Below, piece after piece: positions 18,264 through 27,439 of a stretch of 64,000 nt of DNA. The notes below the pieces were generated by a model that was given only the letters and a program-made list of their open reading frames with translations, did no database searches and was not told the DNA's origin. Within the stretch, counting starts at the first letter, position 1. The number at the start of each line of letters is the position of its first letter. A program made the translations under genes and the position numbers. The DNA comes from an uncultured virus (IMG/VR IMGVR_UViG_3300011768_000001). Lineage: Duplodnaviria; Heunggongvirae; Uroviricota; Caudoviricetes. The stretch is taken from positions 1 through 64,000 of IMG/VR virus record IMGVR_UViG_3300011768_000001. One strand, written 5' to 3'.

Positions 18264-18933
18264 CTTTATTAAGGCACAAGTAATCGGTGTAACAACACCA
18301 GTTGTGGACTTCATTCCAACAGCAGAAGACCTTCCAGCCTTCTGTGCAAGAGTGAGCAATCCAGATAACCAGAAGAACTTTGATACAGCAGCAGGACTTC
18401 TTAAATATTGTATGCGGGTTGGTCATTGGTCTGTATTTGATATGTCCAATATTGTTGTAGAGATTGAAGCTCCACGAGACATCGCAAGGCAAGTGCTACG
18501 ACACTCAAGCATCAAGTTTCAAGAGTTCAGCCAGCGTTATGCAGTAGCTCAGAGCTTTGTTGTTCGTGAAGCTCGATTGCAAGATACAAAGAACCGTCAG
18601 AATAGTGTTGAACTTGATAAATTTAATGAAGATGATTTTAACCTTATTCTTGCTTGGGAGAACAAACAACAGGAGGTTATTAATCTAGTTAAAAAGAACT
18701 ATCAATGGGCTCTAGATAAAGGTATCGCTAAAGAGTGTGCTCGTGTTATCCTTCCTGAAGGTAATACAATGAGCTATATGTATGCTAACGGTACAGTACG
18801 TCAGTGGATTACTTATCTGAAGGTGCGTGATGATTTGGGCGTAACACAAAAAGAGCATGTAGATTTGGCACGCAAGATTAAACCTGCTATTATTGCTCAC
18901 TTCCCCTTCCTTGAAGATTTGATGGAGAAATAA
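18256..18933 (+). CDS. thyX: Flavin-dependent thymidylate synthase
   Basis: GHWSVF, RHSSIKFQEFSQRY (RHx7S.R), KECARVILP, TQKEH; AGGAG SD before ATG 18256. Confidence 0.95.
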   Translation: MFDFIKAQVIGVTTPVVDFIPTAEDLPAFCARVSNPDNQKNFDTAAGLLKYCMRVGHWSVFDMSNIVVEIEAPRDIARQVLRHSSIKFQEFSQRYAVAQSFVVREARLQDTKNRQNSVELDKFNEDDFNLILAWENKQQEVINLVKKNYQWALDKGIAKECARVILPEGNTMSYMYANGTVRQWITYLKVRDDLGVTQKEHVDLARKIKPAIIAHFPFLEDLMEK

Positions 18934-18934
18934 A

Positions 18935-19129
18935 ATGAATACAGTCAACATGACACGCGGTGAATACTTGAATGAACTTGTCCTACTCTACAAAGCCCGC
19001 ACAGATATGAATGGTGATCAGGCTCGTAAATATGTACTAGATGCTGCTGATGAATTTCTTGAAAGCTATGATATTGATGTAGGCGTACAAGAAGCTTTTA
19101 TTGAAGATACTATGACGTGGGTGAATTGA
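18935..19129 (+). CDS. Hypothetical protein
   Basis: GGAG SD, tight packing. Confidence 0.7.
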   Translation: MNTVNMTRGEYLNELVLLYKARTDMNGDQARKYVLDAADEFLESYDIDVGVQEAFIEDTMTWVN

Positions 19130-19130
19130 T

Positions 19131-19493
19131 ATGATTGGGCACACATTAAGTATTAGTGATCTTCTACTAATTGATAATTTTAAAACTGCTTTTGGCAACA
19201 ACGATAAGCCGACCATTGAGAAAATTCTTTTTGAGAACGGATTAGATGTTGCTGAACCGTATACATTGGAATATTCTAAGCATCGTAATCTTCGCGGTAA
19301 CATAGTTAGTTGTGAACGTTATGTAGGCGAGGAACGTCAAGATCGTAGTTGGCTGACCAGTGGGGCTGCATCATGGGAAGCTGTGGTAGAATCTTGTGAC
19401 TTAGACCTTCGAATTCAGCTTAAGACAATGGGTCGTAATTATAGTAATAGCGAGCATATTTGCTCTGAACTTCAGAAGCACGCAAATAAATAA
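19131..19493 (+). CDS. Hypothetical protein
   Basis: Tight packing. Confidence 0.7.
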   Translation: MIGHTLSISDLLLIDNFKTAFGNNDKPTIEKILFENGLDVAEPYTLEYSKHRNLRGNIVSCERYVGEERQDRSWLTSGAASWEAVVESCDLDLRIQLKTMGRNYSNSEHICSELQKHANK

Positions 19494-19503
19494 GGGGACT
19501 TAA

Positions 19504-21387
19504 GTGAGTATTAAAAAGTTTGAAGATCAGCCATCATATATTAATGATTTCTCAAATGCTTTGCTTGATGGTTTTTACCTCAAACAAGGGGAGACTTTCA
19601 ATGATGCAATTGCACGCGCTTCAGAAGCTTTCTGTTATGGTGACTATGAACTAGCACAACGTATCTACGAGGCTGCACACAAGGGCTGGTTTATGTTTGC
19701 AAGCCCAGTTCTAAGTAATGCACCAATAGGTAAATGGTTAGAAAAAGTTCATGATCGTGAGTGGCAAGACTTTGAAGATAATCCTTACCATAAGTCTGTT
19801 TCTGAAGGATATTGGGAAGGCGAAGTTTCCCCTGCCATGCCCATTAGTTGCTTCGCTCTTGAGGTTCCTGATAGTATTAAAGGTCAAATGGAGGCTAACG
19901 TAGAGCTTGCTGCCCTGTCTGTAGCTGGTGGTGGTGTAGGACTTCATAATAGTATCCGCGCAACTACTGACAAAGCACCAGGTCCAATTCCATATATGAA
20001 AACTATGGACGCCATTATTGGATACTACAAGCAAGGTAAGACACGTCGTGGTGCTTGTGCTTACTACATGGATGTGAGTCACCCTGATATTATTGAACAT
20101 ATTAAGTTCCGTATCCCGTCAGGTGGTGATAGCGCTCGTAAGGCAGACAACCGCGTTCAGTTTCACCATGCTGTAAACATCACAGATAAGTTCACACAAG
20201 CAGTCTTGGCGGATGATGATTTTGAATTGGTTTGTCCTCACACTAAAGAAGTAAAAGACGTTGTTAAAGCACGAATGATATGGGAAGAGATTCTTGAGGC
20301 TCGTGCCTTGCAGGGAGAGCCCTACCTATTCAAGATTGATGCTGCTAACCGCACGCTGCCACAAACACAGAAGGATAAAGGGCTTAAGATTCAAGGTTCA
20401 AACATTTGTATCGAAGTGTCGTTACCTACAAATGAAGAACGAACCTTTGTATGTTGCCTTAGTAGCCTAAACCTTGCTAAATACGATGCATGGAAAGATA
20501 CTAATTTAGTCGAGGATTTGACACGCTTCCTTGATAACGTACTGCAATATTTTATTGACAATGCACCAGAAGAATTAAAGAAAGCTGTCTACTCAGCTAA
20601 AATGGAACGGGCAATTGGAATTGGTACACTTTCCTGGCACTACTACCTTCAGTCTAAAGGTATCCCAATGGAAGGGGGTGGATTTGGCAGTGCCATCCAA
20701 GAGACTCACAGGATTTATAAGTTAATCAAAGATAAGGCTGTAGCAGAAAGTCGTAAGCTTGCAGTAGAACGTGGTGAACCTTCGGATATGATTGGTTCTG
20801 GTCTCCGCAACTCTGCTCTAATGGCTATTGCTCCTAACAGTAACAATGCTGTGATCTTAGGTGAAAGTCCAAGTATTGAACCTGTAAGCGGTAATGCCTA
20901 TAGCCACTCAACCCGTGCTGGGACATTCACTGTAAAGAATCCTCACTTGGGCAAGAAGTTAGTAGAGTATGCTGAGGTTTTGGGTATTGCAGAGGGTAAG
21001 GTTGAAGGTTGGGTAGAAGATCAGTGGAAGTTTATTGCTAAGGACAATGGTAGTGTGCAGAGTCTTGACTATATGTCTGATCAAGACAAGCTTGTGTTTA
21101 AGACAGGTGCCGAGATTGATCAGCATTGGATTATCGAGCAATCAGATGCCCGTGCCCAGTATATTTGTCAAAGTCAGAGCTTGAACACATTCTATCCTGC
21201 TGGCTGTGATCGAGGCTACTTTAACTCTGTACATCTGAAATTTTTGCTTGCACCGTACTCTAAAAGTATGTATTATGCTCGCATGGAACGTGGTATTAAT
21301 GCTGACGTTGCTAAAGAAATTGAACGCAAGGCTATCACAGACTGGACACCAGAGATTGGTGAGGAATGTGCAGCGTGCAGCGGCTGA
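19504..21387 (+). CDS. nrdA: Ribonucleotide reductase class I alpha subunit (no ATP cone)
   Basis: SPVLSN, PISCF, GGGVG, SNICIE (thiyl Cys), IAP...S, QSQSLN, YY, C-terminal CxxC. Confidence 0.95.
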   Translation: MSIKKFEDQPSYINDFSNALLDGFYLKQGETFNDAIARASEAFCYGDYELAQRIYEAAHKGWFMFASPVLSNAPIGKWLEKVHDREWQDFEDNPYHKSVSEGYWEGEVSPAMPISCFALEVPDSIKGQMEANVELAALSVAGGGVGLHNSIRATTDKAPGPIPYMKTMDAIIGYYKQGKTRRGACAYYMDVSHPDIIEHIKFRIPSGGDSARKADNRVQFHHAVNITDKFTQAVLADDDFELVCPHTKEVKDVVKARMIWEEILEARALQGEPYLFKIDAANRTLPQTQKDKGLKIQGSNICIEVSLPTNEERTFVCCLSSLNLAKYDAWKDTNLVEDLTRFLDNVLQYFIDNAPEELKKAVYSAKMERAIGIGTLSWHYYLQSKGIPMEGGGFGSAIQETHRIYKLIKDKAVAESRKLAVERGEPSDMIGSGLRNSALMAIAPNSNNAVILGESPSIEPVSGNAYSHSTRAGTFTVKNPHLGKKLVEYAEVLGIAEGKVEGWVEDQWKFIAKDNGSVQSLDYMSDQDKLVFKTGAEIDQHWIIEQSDARAQYICQSQSLNTFYPAGCDRGYFNSVHLKFLLAPYSKSMYYARMERGINADVAKEIERKAITDWTPEIGEECAACSG

Positions 21388-21404
21388 AACTTAATTAAGG
21401 AGAG

Positions 21405-22376
21405 ATGATGAGCCTCACAGAATACAGCGAGATTTATTCGCCTAAATACCACAGCTTGGTAGAGATTAATATCAAGCATGAAAAAGTACATTGGTATGAG
21501 CATGAAGCAAAGCTTAACACCGACGTGGAACAGTGGAAGAACGGTAAGATTTTGCCTGAAGAGAAGAACCTTACATCTAACATCTTCCGCTTGTTCACTC
21601 AATCAGATGTGAACGTTGGTCAAGGCTACTACGATAAAATTATTCCCTACATTAAGAATAACGAAGCTCGTGCAATGTTGGGTAGCTTTGCTGCAAGGGA
21701 GGGCACGCATACCCGAGCATATGCTTTATTCTCAGATACAATGGGGTTTGGACAAAGCTTTTACCATGAGTTTCTTGATTATGTAGAAATGAAAGAAAAG
21801 CATGAGTACATGATTGAGAATATTGGAAAGAGTCATACAGACTTTGCAAAGTATTTGGCCAAACAGACATTGATGGAGGGTGTCAGTTTATTTGCATCTT
21901 TTGCCATCTTGTTGAACTTTGATCGGTTGGGTAAGTTGCCGGGGATGTGTGATATTGTTCGGTGGAGCATGGTGGACGAGTCAATTCATGTGGAAGGTAA
22001 CACAGCACTGTTCCGTATCTTCTTGGATGAACATCCCCGCATCGTTACGGATGAGTTTAAAAAAGATATTTACTCTTCTGCACGAGAATTGGTAAAGCTT
22101 GAGGATGCATTTGTTGACCGTATCTTTAAGATGGGCGGGGTCAGCAATTTACTAAAAGAGGACGTTAAAAAGTATGTACGGTACGTAGCTGATTATCGTC
22201 TTCAGCAGTTGGGCTTCAAGAAAAACTGGAACGTAAAAGAGAACCCCCTGCCATGGATTGATGCAATGATGGGTAAGACCTTTGGTTCATTCTTTGAGCG
22301 AAGTATTGTTGAGTATGCCAAGGCTAACCTGGCAGGAAGTTTTTCAACAGCTTATGATATGTACCAACAAGCTTAA
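21405..22376 (+). CDS. nrdB: Ribonucleotide reductase class I beta subunit
   Basis: FTQSD, EGTH..AY, EG..LF.SF, DESIH. Confidence 0.95.
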   Translation: MMSLTEYSEIYSPKYHSLVEINIKHEKVHWYEHEAKLNTDVEQWKNGKILPEEKNLTSNIFRLFTQSDVNVGQGYYDKIIPYIKNNEARAMLGSFAAREGTHTRAYALFSDTMGFGQSFYHEFLDYVEMKEKHEYMIENIGKSHTDFAKYLAKQTLMEGVSLFASFAILLNFDRLGKLPGMCDIVRWSMVDESIHVEGNTALFRIFLDEHPRIVTDEFKKDIYSSARELVKLEDAFVDRIFKMGGVSNLLKEDVKKYVRYVADYRLQQLGFKKNWNVKENPLPWIDAMMGKTFGSFFERSIVEYAKANLAGSFSTAYDMYQQA

Positions 22377-22385
22377 AAATAAAAT

Positions 22386-22413
22386 TTGACATCCTTTTTG
22401 GGTGTGCTATCCT
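22386..22413 (+). promoter_or_regulatory. Sigma70-like promoter
   Basis: TTGACA-N16-TATCCT with extended TG. Confidence 0.5.
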
Positions 22414-22469
22414 AGGACACATGGGGCAGAGATGCTTCGGTGTCCTTTTCTTTACCTAGGAGAAACACA

Positions 22470-22622
22470 ATGAACATTAAAGAATTACTATCAACGGGAG
22501 AGTATCAATTCAAAGTTTATCGAGAACCAGTACGAGGAAGAAGCTTGCTTGTCCTTCAGAAGAAGGTTGGTGGTGTATGGTTTGACGTTCAACCAGAAGA
22601 TCTGATGAGTTTTACCCTATGA
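22470..22622 (+). CDS. Hypothetical protein
   Basis: AGGAG SD before ATG 22470. Confidence 0.65.
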   Translation: MNIKELLSTGEYQFKVYREPVRGRSLLVLQKKVGGVWFDVQPEDLMSFTL

Positions 22623-22690
22623 TCCTCTTACTCCTAATCCCAGCTTTCCTGTTATTCATCTTTATCCTCATTCACACTTGGGAGAAATAA
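22619..22690 (+). CDS. 23-aa single-helix hydrophobic peptide
   Basis: MILLLLIPAFLLFIFILIHTWEK; ATGA overlap with upstream stop; fills the gap to the next gene. Confidence 0.5.
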   Translation: MILLLLIPAFLLFIFILIHTWEK

Positions 22691-22935
22691 CCTTGACGAC
22701 CTCTCAGACCCTTGCTCACATCCGCATGAGCATCCGCCTTATTGAGCAATCCTTTAACCTCACCCACATGGACTTTCGCTACGGATACGCCCTAGGCCAA
22801 GCATCCTTTGCAGTGATGCAAGGAATTATTGGGCAAGATGATTACAAGGAGCTTCAAGACGAGGCTAAGAGTGTTGCTGATGCTTTCAAAGAAAAATTCA
22901 ACAAATCTCTTGACAGCAATCTGTCTGTAGCCTAA
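22678..22935 (+). CDS. Hypothetical protein (likely start TTG 22693)
   Basis: GGAG SD. Confidence 0.65.
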   Translation: MGEITLTTSQTLAHIRMSIRLIEQSFNLTHMDFRYGYALGQASFAVMQGIIGQDDYKELQDEAKSVADAFKEKFNKSLDSNLSVA

Positions 22936-22938
22936 TCT
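22910..22938 (+). promoter_or_regulatory. Sigma70-like promoter
   Basis: TTGACA-N17-TAATCT. Confidence 0.6.
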
Positions 22939-22971
22939 TGGTTTACACACAAACAAATTGGAGAAACAAAA

Positions 22972-23187
22972 ATGAAAACAACCCTTCGCGTAGACTATGG
23001 CCGCATGGACCCAACTGAACGTTTGGAGTTCTTGCGAAACGGTATTGTGGATGACAAATACGTGCTCAAAAGAACCTTGCAAGAGAAGATTCAGCCAAAT
23101 TCTTTGCTAGAACACATTGACAAGCTTGTGGAGGAATTCAATCAGTTTCCTGAAGATAAGCAAAAAGAATTGATGGCATCGCTATGA
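22972..23187 (+). CDS. Hypothetical protein
   Basis: GGAG SD. Confidence 0.7.
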   Translation: MKTTLRVDYGRMDPTERLEFLRNGIVDDKYVLKRTLQEKIQPNSLLEHIDKLVEEFNQFPEDKQKELMASL

Positions 23188-23393
23188 AATTCATTGATAT
23201 GCTGGCTGTATTATTCTTGCTCATTGTAGTGCTTGTCTTAGGTCATGCATGGATTTCTTACAAGACTGATAAAGAGGCTGATCTAAACGGGCAATATGAT
23301 TTGAGAACTAATGTTAAAAAAGATGTTGTTGACAAGAAGGCTCAGATTCAGTATAAACCTATATTTGAAAGTGCAGTTAAACACACGGAGTAA
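23184..23393 (+). CDS. Small membrane protein
   Basis: N-terminal TM helix. Confidence 0.65.
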   Translation: MKFIDMLAVLFLLIVVLVLGHAWISYKTDKEADLNGQYDLRTNVKKDVVDKKAQIQYKPIFESAVKHTE

Positions 23394-23398
23394 TTATC

Positions 23399-23785
23399 AT
23401 GGCTCGGCCTGAAGGAATGTCAGCTTCACAGTGGGATTGCTATGTGGCACGAAAGCTTAATGCTAAGGCTAACAACGCCAAAGACCGTGGTATTGAATTT
23501 AACCTCTCATTTCAAGCCATGAAGAATCTATTGTCAGCCAGTAAATGCTATTACACAGGTATTGTCCTCAGTAAACCAGACGCAGGTGCTCAGAAAGCTA
23601 ACGATTTGACTATTGATCGAATTGATTGCACAAAGGGATATGTTCGTGGTAATGTGGTAGCCTGCTCTTATGCTGCAAACCAACTTAAAGCCCAATTTGA
23701 GGCTGCTGGTATTGCTGGCCTTAAAGCAGGTGAGAATGTGTTCAAGAAGTCTATTAAGCGAATCAAGGAGATGAAAGGTGAGTAA
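23399..23785 (+). CDS. His-Me finger (HNH-like) endonuclease-family protein
   Basis: AK.RGIEF.L, CYYTG, TIDRID...GY..GNVV.C...N. Confidence 0.75.
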   Translation: MARPEGMSASQWDCYVARKLNAKANNAKDRGIEFNLSFQAMKNLLSASKCYYTGIVLSKPDAGAQKANDLTIDRIDCTKGYVRGNVVACSYAANQLKAQFEAAGIAGLKAGENVFKKSIKRIKEMKGE

Positions 23786-24170
23786 TTGGACAGCAGAAGT
23801 AATTGGTGTTAATATGAAAATAAACAAACTTAATCAATCTCTTTGCTACGATGTTCGCGAAGAAGTGCAGAAACAAAATGCTTTAGCGATTATGGAAATG
23901 AAGAAAAGATTTAATAATTACCTTACTAAAGATTCGAACATGTCTCTGTCAGAAGTCTTTGAGTTTGCAAGAGCTTTAGCAGAATTTCGAGAACATGTAA
24001 TTATAGGGGATGAAGAACATAACAGCGCTTGCTGCCATCTAGTATCAATTATTGATACTCAAGAAGATGGTATTGGCGAACAACCCCGTTATAAACTTAT
24101 TCTCAAGTATGAATGGGCTATGAAAAATTGTATTCGCGATTGGAAGAATCGCTATGAGATGGGGAGGTAA
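23778..24170 (+). CDS. Hypothetical protein
   Basis: Overlapping coupled ORF. Confidence 0.65.
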   Translation: MSNWTAEVIGVNMKINKLNQSLCYDVREEVQKQNALAIMEMKKRFNNYLTKDSNMSLSEVFEFARALAEFREHVIIGDEEHNSACCHLVSIIDTQEDGIGEQPRYKLILKYEWAMKNCIRDWKNRYEMGR

Positions 24171-24173
24171 TTA

Positions 24174-24638
24174 ATGCGTTATACAAAAGGTAAGTGGGTA
24201 GCATCTCGTAAAGACACATACTCAGTGGAGACTACCCTGAACAAGATTGTTCTTGCCCACCTAATTAAACTTTATGAGTGCTTAAAGAAGAACGAATGCC
24301 ATGGTATCCCCATGAGCTATGTAGAAAAACAAGCTCTGATTGATGGTACTGATCCTTATAGCGATAATGTAGATTTGGATAAGGCGGATGAACTTCGTTT
24401 CAATGACTTGGAAGAACTAATTTGGGTGTTTGGTGACAACGAACCTAAAATGGAAGATTATGACTTCACCTACAATTGGGATTTTGAACCCCTTGAAAAT
24501 GGTGCGTCTAAGTGCAATATTGAATGCACAAATGAAGCAGAGCGTAACCGCTATCACGAGGATATCAAAGATTATGTTGAGAGACGTGACAAGGCCTATA
24601 AGTTGTTCGGTGAAGTTTACGATAATTTGAGTTGGTGA
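24174..24638 (+). CDS. Conserved phage hypothetical protein
   Basis: GGAGG SD; C-terminal LFG..Y..L.W motif. Confidence 0.75.
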   Translation: MRYTKGKWVASRKDTYSVETTLNKIVLAHLIKLYECLKKNECHGIPMSYVEKQALIDGTDPYSDNVDLDKADELRFNDLEELIWVFGDNEPKMEDYDFTYNWDFEPLENGASKCNIECTNEAERNRYHEDIKDYVERRDKAYKLFGEVYDNLSW

Positions 24639-24639
24639 T

Positions 24640-24798
24640 ATGACACAATCAAAATTACAAATAATTGAAGAGTTTCTTCTCTGGCTTGATAATGAAACAT
24701 ATTACGAGGTAGGTGAGTACGTTGAATCTGGAGAACATTGTTTTTATAGCGTTTCTTATGAAACTTTGCTGAAAGAATATGAGGAAGCTGGTAAATGA
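24640..24798 (+). CDS. Small acidic hypothetical protein (52 aa; not in ORF track)
   Basis: MTQSKLQIIEEFLLWLDNETYYEVG...; ATGA overlap with next gene. Confidence 0.6.
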   Translation: MTQSKLQIIEEFLLWLDNETYYEVGEYVESGEHCFYSVSYETLLKEYEEAGK

Positions 24799-25001
24799 AT
24801 ATCTACAAAATGCTGTCAGACAAAGAACTTAATCGATCCACCGAACTTGAAGCCCTTGTTAGGAACGTAAAGGCTGCATCAGATCATGCGGGCTTTGATT
24901 ACTACTATAAAATATTGCCAGGCAGTATTGGTCAGAGTATTTACTTTGTATGTGACGAATTGCATATGGAAGTTGATATTACTGATCATGAAAGTTGGTG
25001 A
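24795..25001 (+). CDS. Hypothetical protein
   Basis: C-terminal DITDHESW motif. Confidence 0.7.
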   Translation: MNIYKMLSDKELNRSTELEALVRNVKAASDHAGFDYYYKILPGSIGQSIYFVCDELHMEVDITDHESW

Positions 25002-25024
25002 CGATACTTTAGTCTAAAATTAAT

Positions 25025-25048
25025 ATCCCCTTAACTGGGGATTTTTTG
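25025..25048 (+). terminator. Rho-independent terminator
   Basis: AUCCCC-UUAACU-GGGGAU followed by U-run. Confidence 0.8.
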
Positions 25049-25075
25049 TTCTATACAATACGGGAATAATAAATT

Positions 25076-26068
25076 TTGAAGTGGGAAGATTATGATAATT
25101 GCGGAAATGAGGGAATCTTGCAAGATAAGAGGACCGGTCTAAAATTTGGACCTCTGGCACAATTAACTGTAATGGGATATTACTCATCGATCAATACTAA
25201 AAAGATTAGATATATCCTTCAATGCTCAATTTGTAAGGAAGATCCTGAACTATTTGGTGATGGTCTGTTTGATATGCAATGGGGAAATATAAAGATGGGT
25301 AATATGCCGTGTGGCTGCTCTATATCCCCCAAATGGAGTGAAGATCAAATGAAGACACGTGCTATTCGTTTATGTAGGGAGAAAGGATATACCTTCATTG
25401 ACTGGAAAGGGGAGTACACAGCCAATACCACCAAAATATTACTCCTTGACGAGTACGGACAAAGTGATTCCATAGGGCTTGCGAACCTCCTGTCTGGACA
25501 AAATAGCTCAAACAATAGAAAAAGAATGACATCAATTTCCAAATCTAAGACGGATGGAGATATTATTCAAAGCTTCTTTAATACTGGGGTCTTTCACGAA
25601 GATACTAAGTTTTGGAAAGGTAATGAAATAGACTATAAAGGTCAAAGAACTATTTGGTATATGACCTGCCCTCTTTGTGGTGTCACGGCAGGATCTTACA
25701 GAAGTAATTTACAAAAAGGTAAACGTCCTTGTGGTTGTACCAAATTCAACGGTCAGAAGTTTATGTATATAAACGGTATACTGGATGGCGAACTATATTG
25801 TGCAATTAAATTTGGTAAGACTCACTACCCAACTAGGCGGCTAAAGGAGCAAAACAATAAGTGTGCTTTAGATATTGTCGGGATAGGTGTGTGGGAATTT
25901 AAAGATCCGTATAGCTCTACTCAGGCGGAATATTACTGTAAAACAACATTTGAATGTGGGATTATTTCATATGACATTATGCGAGATGGTTGGTCAGAGA
26001 CTACCTATGCCTATAACTACGATAAAATAGTTAAAATTTACGAAGACTGTGGAGGTATTAAACTGTAG
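25076..26068 (+). CDS. Putative free-standing homing endonuclease, Zn-ribbon plus GIY-YIG-like; paralog 2 of 3
   Basis: CSICKEDPELFGDGLF, PCGCS, CPLC, PCGC, IKFG..R..N, DGWSET. Confidence 0.6.
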   Translation: MKWEDYDNCGNEGILQDKRTGLKFGPLAQLTVMGYYSSINTKKIRYILQCSICKEDPELFGDGLFDMQWGNIKMGNMPCGCSISPKWSEDQMKTRAIRLCREKGYTFIDWKGEYTANTTKILLLDEYGQSDSIGLANLLSGQNSSNNRKRMTSISKSKTDGDIIQSFFNTGVFHEDTKFWKGNEIDYKGQRTIWYMTCPLCGVTAGSYRSNLQKGKRPCGCTKFNGQKFMYINGILDGELYCAIKFGKTHYPTRRLKEQNNKCALDIVGIGVWEFKDPYSSTQAEYYCKTTFECGIISYDIMRDGWSETTYAYNYDKIVKIYEDCGGIKL

Positions 26069-26072
26069 ACAC

Positions 26073-26108
26073 AAAAACGCCCGCTCTTCACAAAGAAGGC
26101 GGGCTTTA
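26073..26108. terminator. Bidirectional terminator at the convergence of the two gene blocks
   Basis: AAAAA-C-GCCCGC...GCGGGC-UUUA. Confidence 0.7.
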
Positions 26109-26179
26109 TAGTTTCTCTGAGAAGGCTAATGGCGTAGCCTAATTTCCCAATTTGGGTTTTTATTTTTATAAGGCTTTGT

Positions 26180-26539
26180 TTATTTATTTAAAGTAATAAC
26201 AGGGGAGGATATCATATTATTCAAATTAGTTTGAATAACTTTCTGGTTTGTTTTGTTAGTATCGACCAAGAGTTTTATTTGAGATTCCATAATAAGAAGA
26301 CGCCTATCAACTAATATTTGATAGTTGTCTTGCTGTTCTTGTAGTTTATTAATTCTCTTTTCAATGTAATCAATATTGTTGGCTCGTGTTTTCTGATTTT
26401 CTTCTTTGTATTGATTTAATTTACTTTCAAAGTTTAAAAAATCCTGTGAAGATTTATTATTTGTAAATATAATCGACAACATCACAATTAACAATACCAG
26501 AGTAAATAGGTGTACTACTTTTTCTATTACCACCCACAT
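26180..26539 (-). CDS. Membrane-anchored coiled-coil protein (lysis-module associated)
   Basis: N-terminal TM helix then heptad-rich region. Confidence 0.6.
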   Translation of the reverse strand: MWVVIEKVVHLFTLVLLIVMLSIIFTNNKSSQDFLNFESKLNQYKEENQKTRANNIDYIEKRINKLQEQQDNYQILVDRRLLIMESQIKLLVDTNKTNQKVIQTNLNNMISSPVITLNK

Positions 26540-26554
26540 AAGCCTGGATTCCCT

Positions 26555-26866
26555 TTATTTTTTATTTTTTAATGTACCAAAGTAGAGGTCCATCCTCCCC
26601 AATATATCAGCTTTGTTGGCGATAGAGTTTGCAGATAGTGTGGCACCCAGGGCTTCAATTTTTGTGTTTAGTCTAACTTCTGTATCTCTTAAATCTTCCT
26701 TGTTTACTTTTATCATCTGCAATTGGGTTATGCTTGCCTGCATATCTTTGTAGTCTGTTTTCATACCTTGGTAAAAAACAAATAAACATGCCACAATGAA
26801 GCTAAGTAAACCCAAAGCAACACGTTCCCAGATTGCATTAATACGGTTATTTGCTTCTACGCTCAT
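26555..26866 (-). CDS. Membrane-anchored coiled-coil protein (possible holin/antiholin)
   Basis: Single TM helix followed by a helical region. Confidence 0.6.
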   Translation of the reverse strand: MSVEANNRINAIWERVALGLLSFIVACLFVFYQGMKTDYKDMQASITQLQMIKVNKEDLRDTEVRLNTKIEALGATLSANSIANKADILGRMDLYFGTLKNKK

Positions 26867-27146
26867 AAGTTTTTTCCTTACTTTTTATATCTCTACGTAT
26901 CTTCTCTAATTGATTCTGATAAAGTTTAATACAGCTTACATTTTTATCGTAGTTTACAGCAAGTTCAATTAAAGCATCGCCTGGAGGAACAGCTTTACAT
27001 GGGTAATTCAAAAGTTTATCTTCCGGACTGATGACTTCAACCACCTTTTCCGCTTTTTGTTTTTCCCTGATATAGTGAACCTCCCTCTTAATGCCTGCAC
27101 AACCAATGATCAAAACAGACATTAGGAGAACAATGATTATTTTCAT
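26847..27146 (-). CDS. Second o-spanin-like lipoprotein
   Basis: Lipobox IIGC; LL..PC.A...G..L..LA..Y..N..CI..Y...L.K.R shared with 27158..27439. Confidence 0.65.
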   Translation of the reverse strand: MKIIIVLLMSVLIIGCAGIKREVHYIREKQKAEKVVEVISPEDKLLNYPCKAVPPGDALIELAVNYDKNVSCIKLYQNQLEKIRRDIKSKEKTYERRSK

Positions 27147-27157
27147 GTTTCCTACTC

Positions 27158-27439
27158 TTATTTAGATGGTTTATAAATCTCAGATTGACCAACATCCCAT
27201 TCACGCAACTTCTTAAGCCTAATAGAATATTCACCAATACATCCAGTGTTACTCACATACCCTTGAGCCAAACTTGACAGTGTTTCACCAGCCTCAATTG
27301 CTTGGCAAGGTTCACTTAGTAAATTGCTTGGTATCTTTACATAAACTGGCTTTTGAATTACAGTAGGCTGCGTCGAGCAAGCGCTTAAGATCATCAGAGA
27401 TAAAAATATCATCAGAGCTTTGATTGTTGAATTTAACAT
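27158..27439 (-). CDS. o-spanin (Rz1-like lipoprotein)
   Basis: Lipobox LSAC, IP..LL.PC; overlaps the i-spanin in another frame. Confidence 0.85.
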   Translation of the reverse strand: MLNSTIKALMIFLSLMILSACSTQPTVIQKPVYVKIPSNLLSEPCQAIEAGETLSSLAQGYVSNTGCIGEYSIRLKKLREWDVGQSEIYKPSK

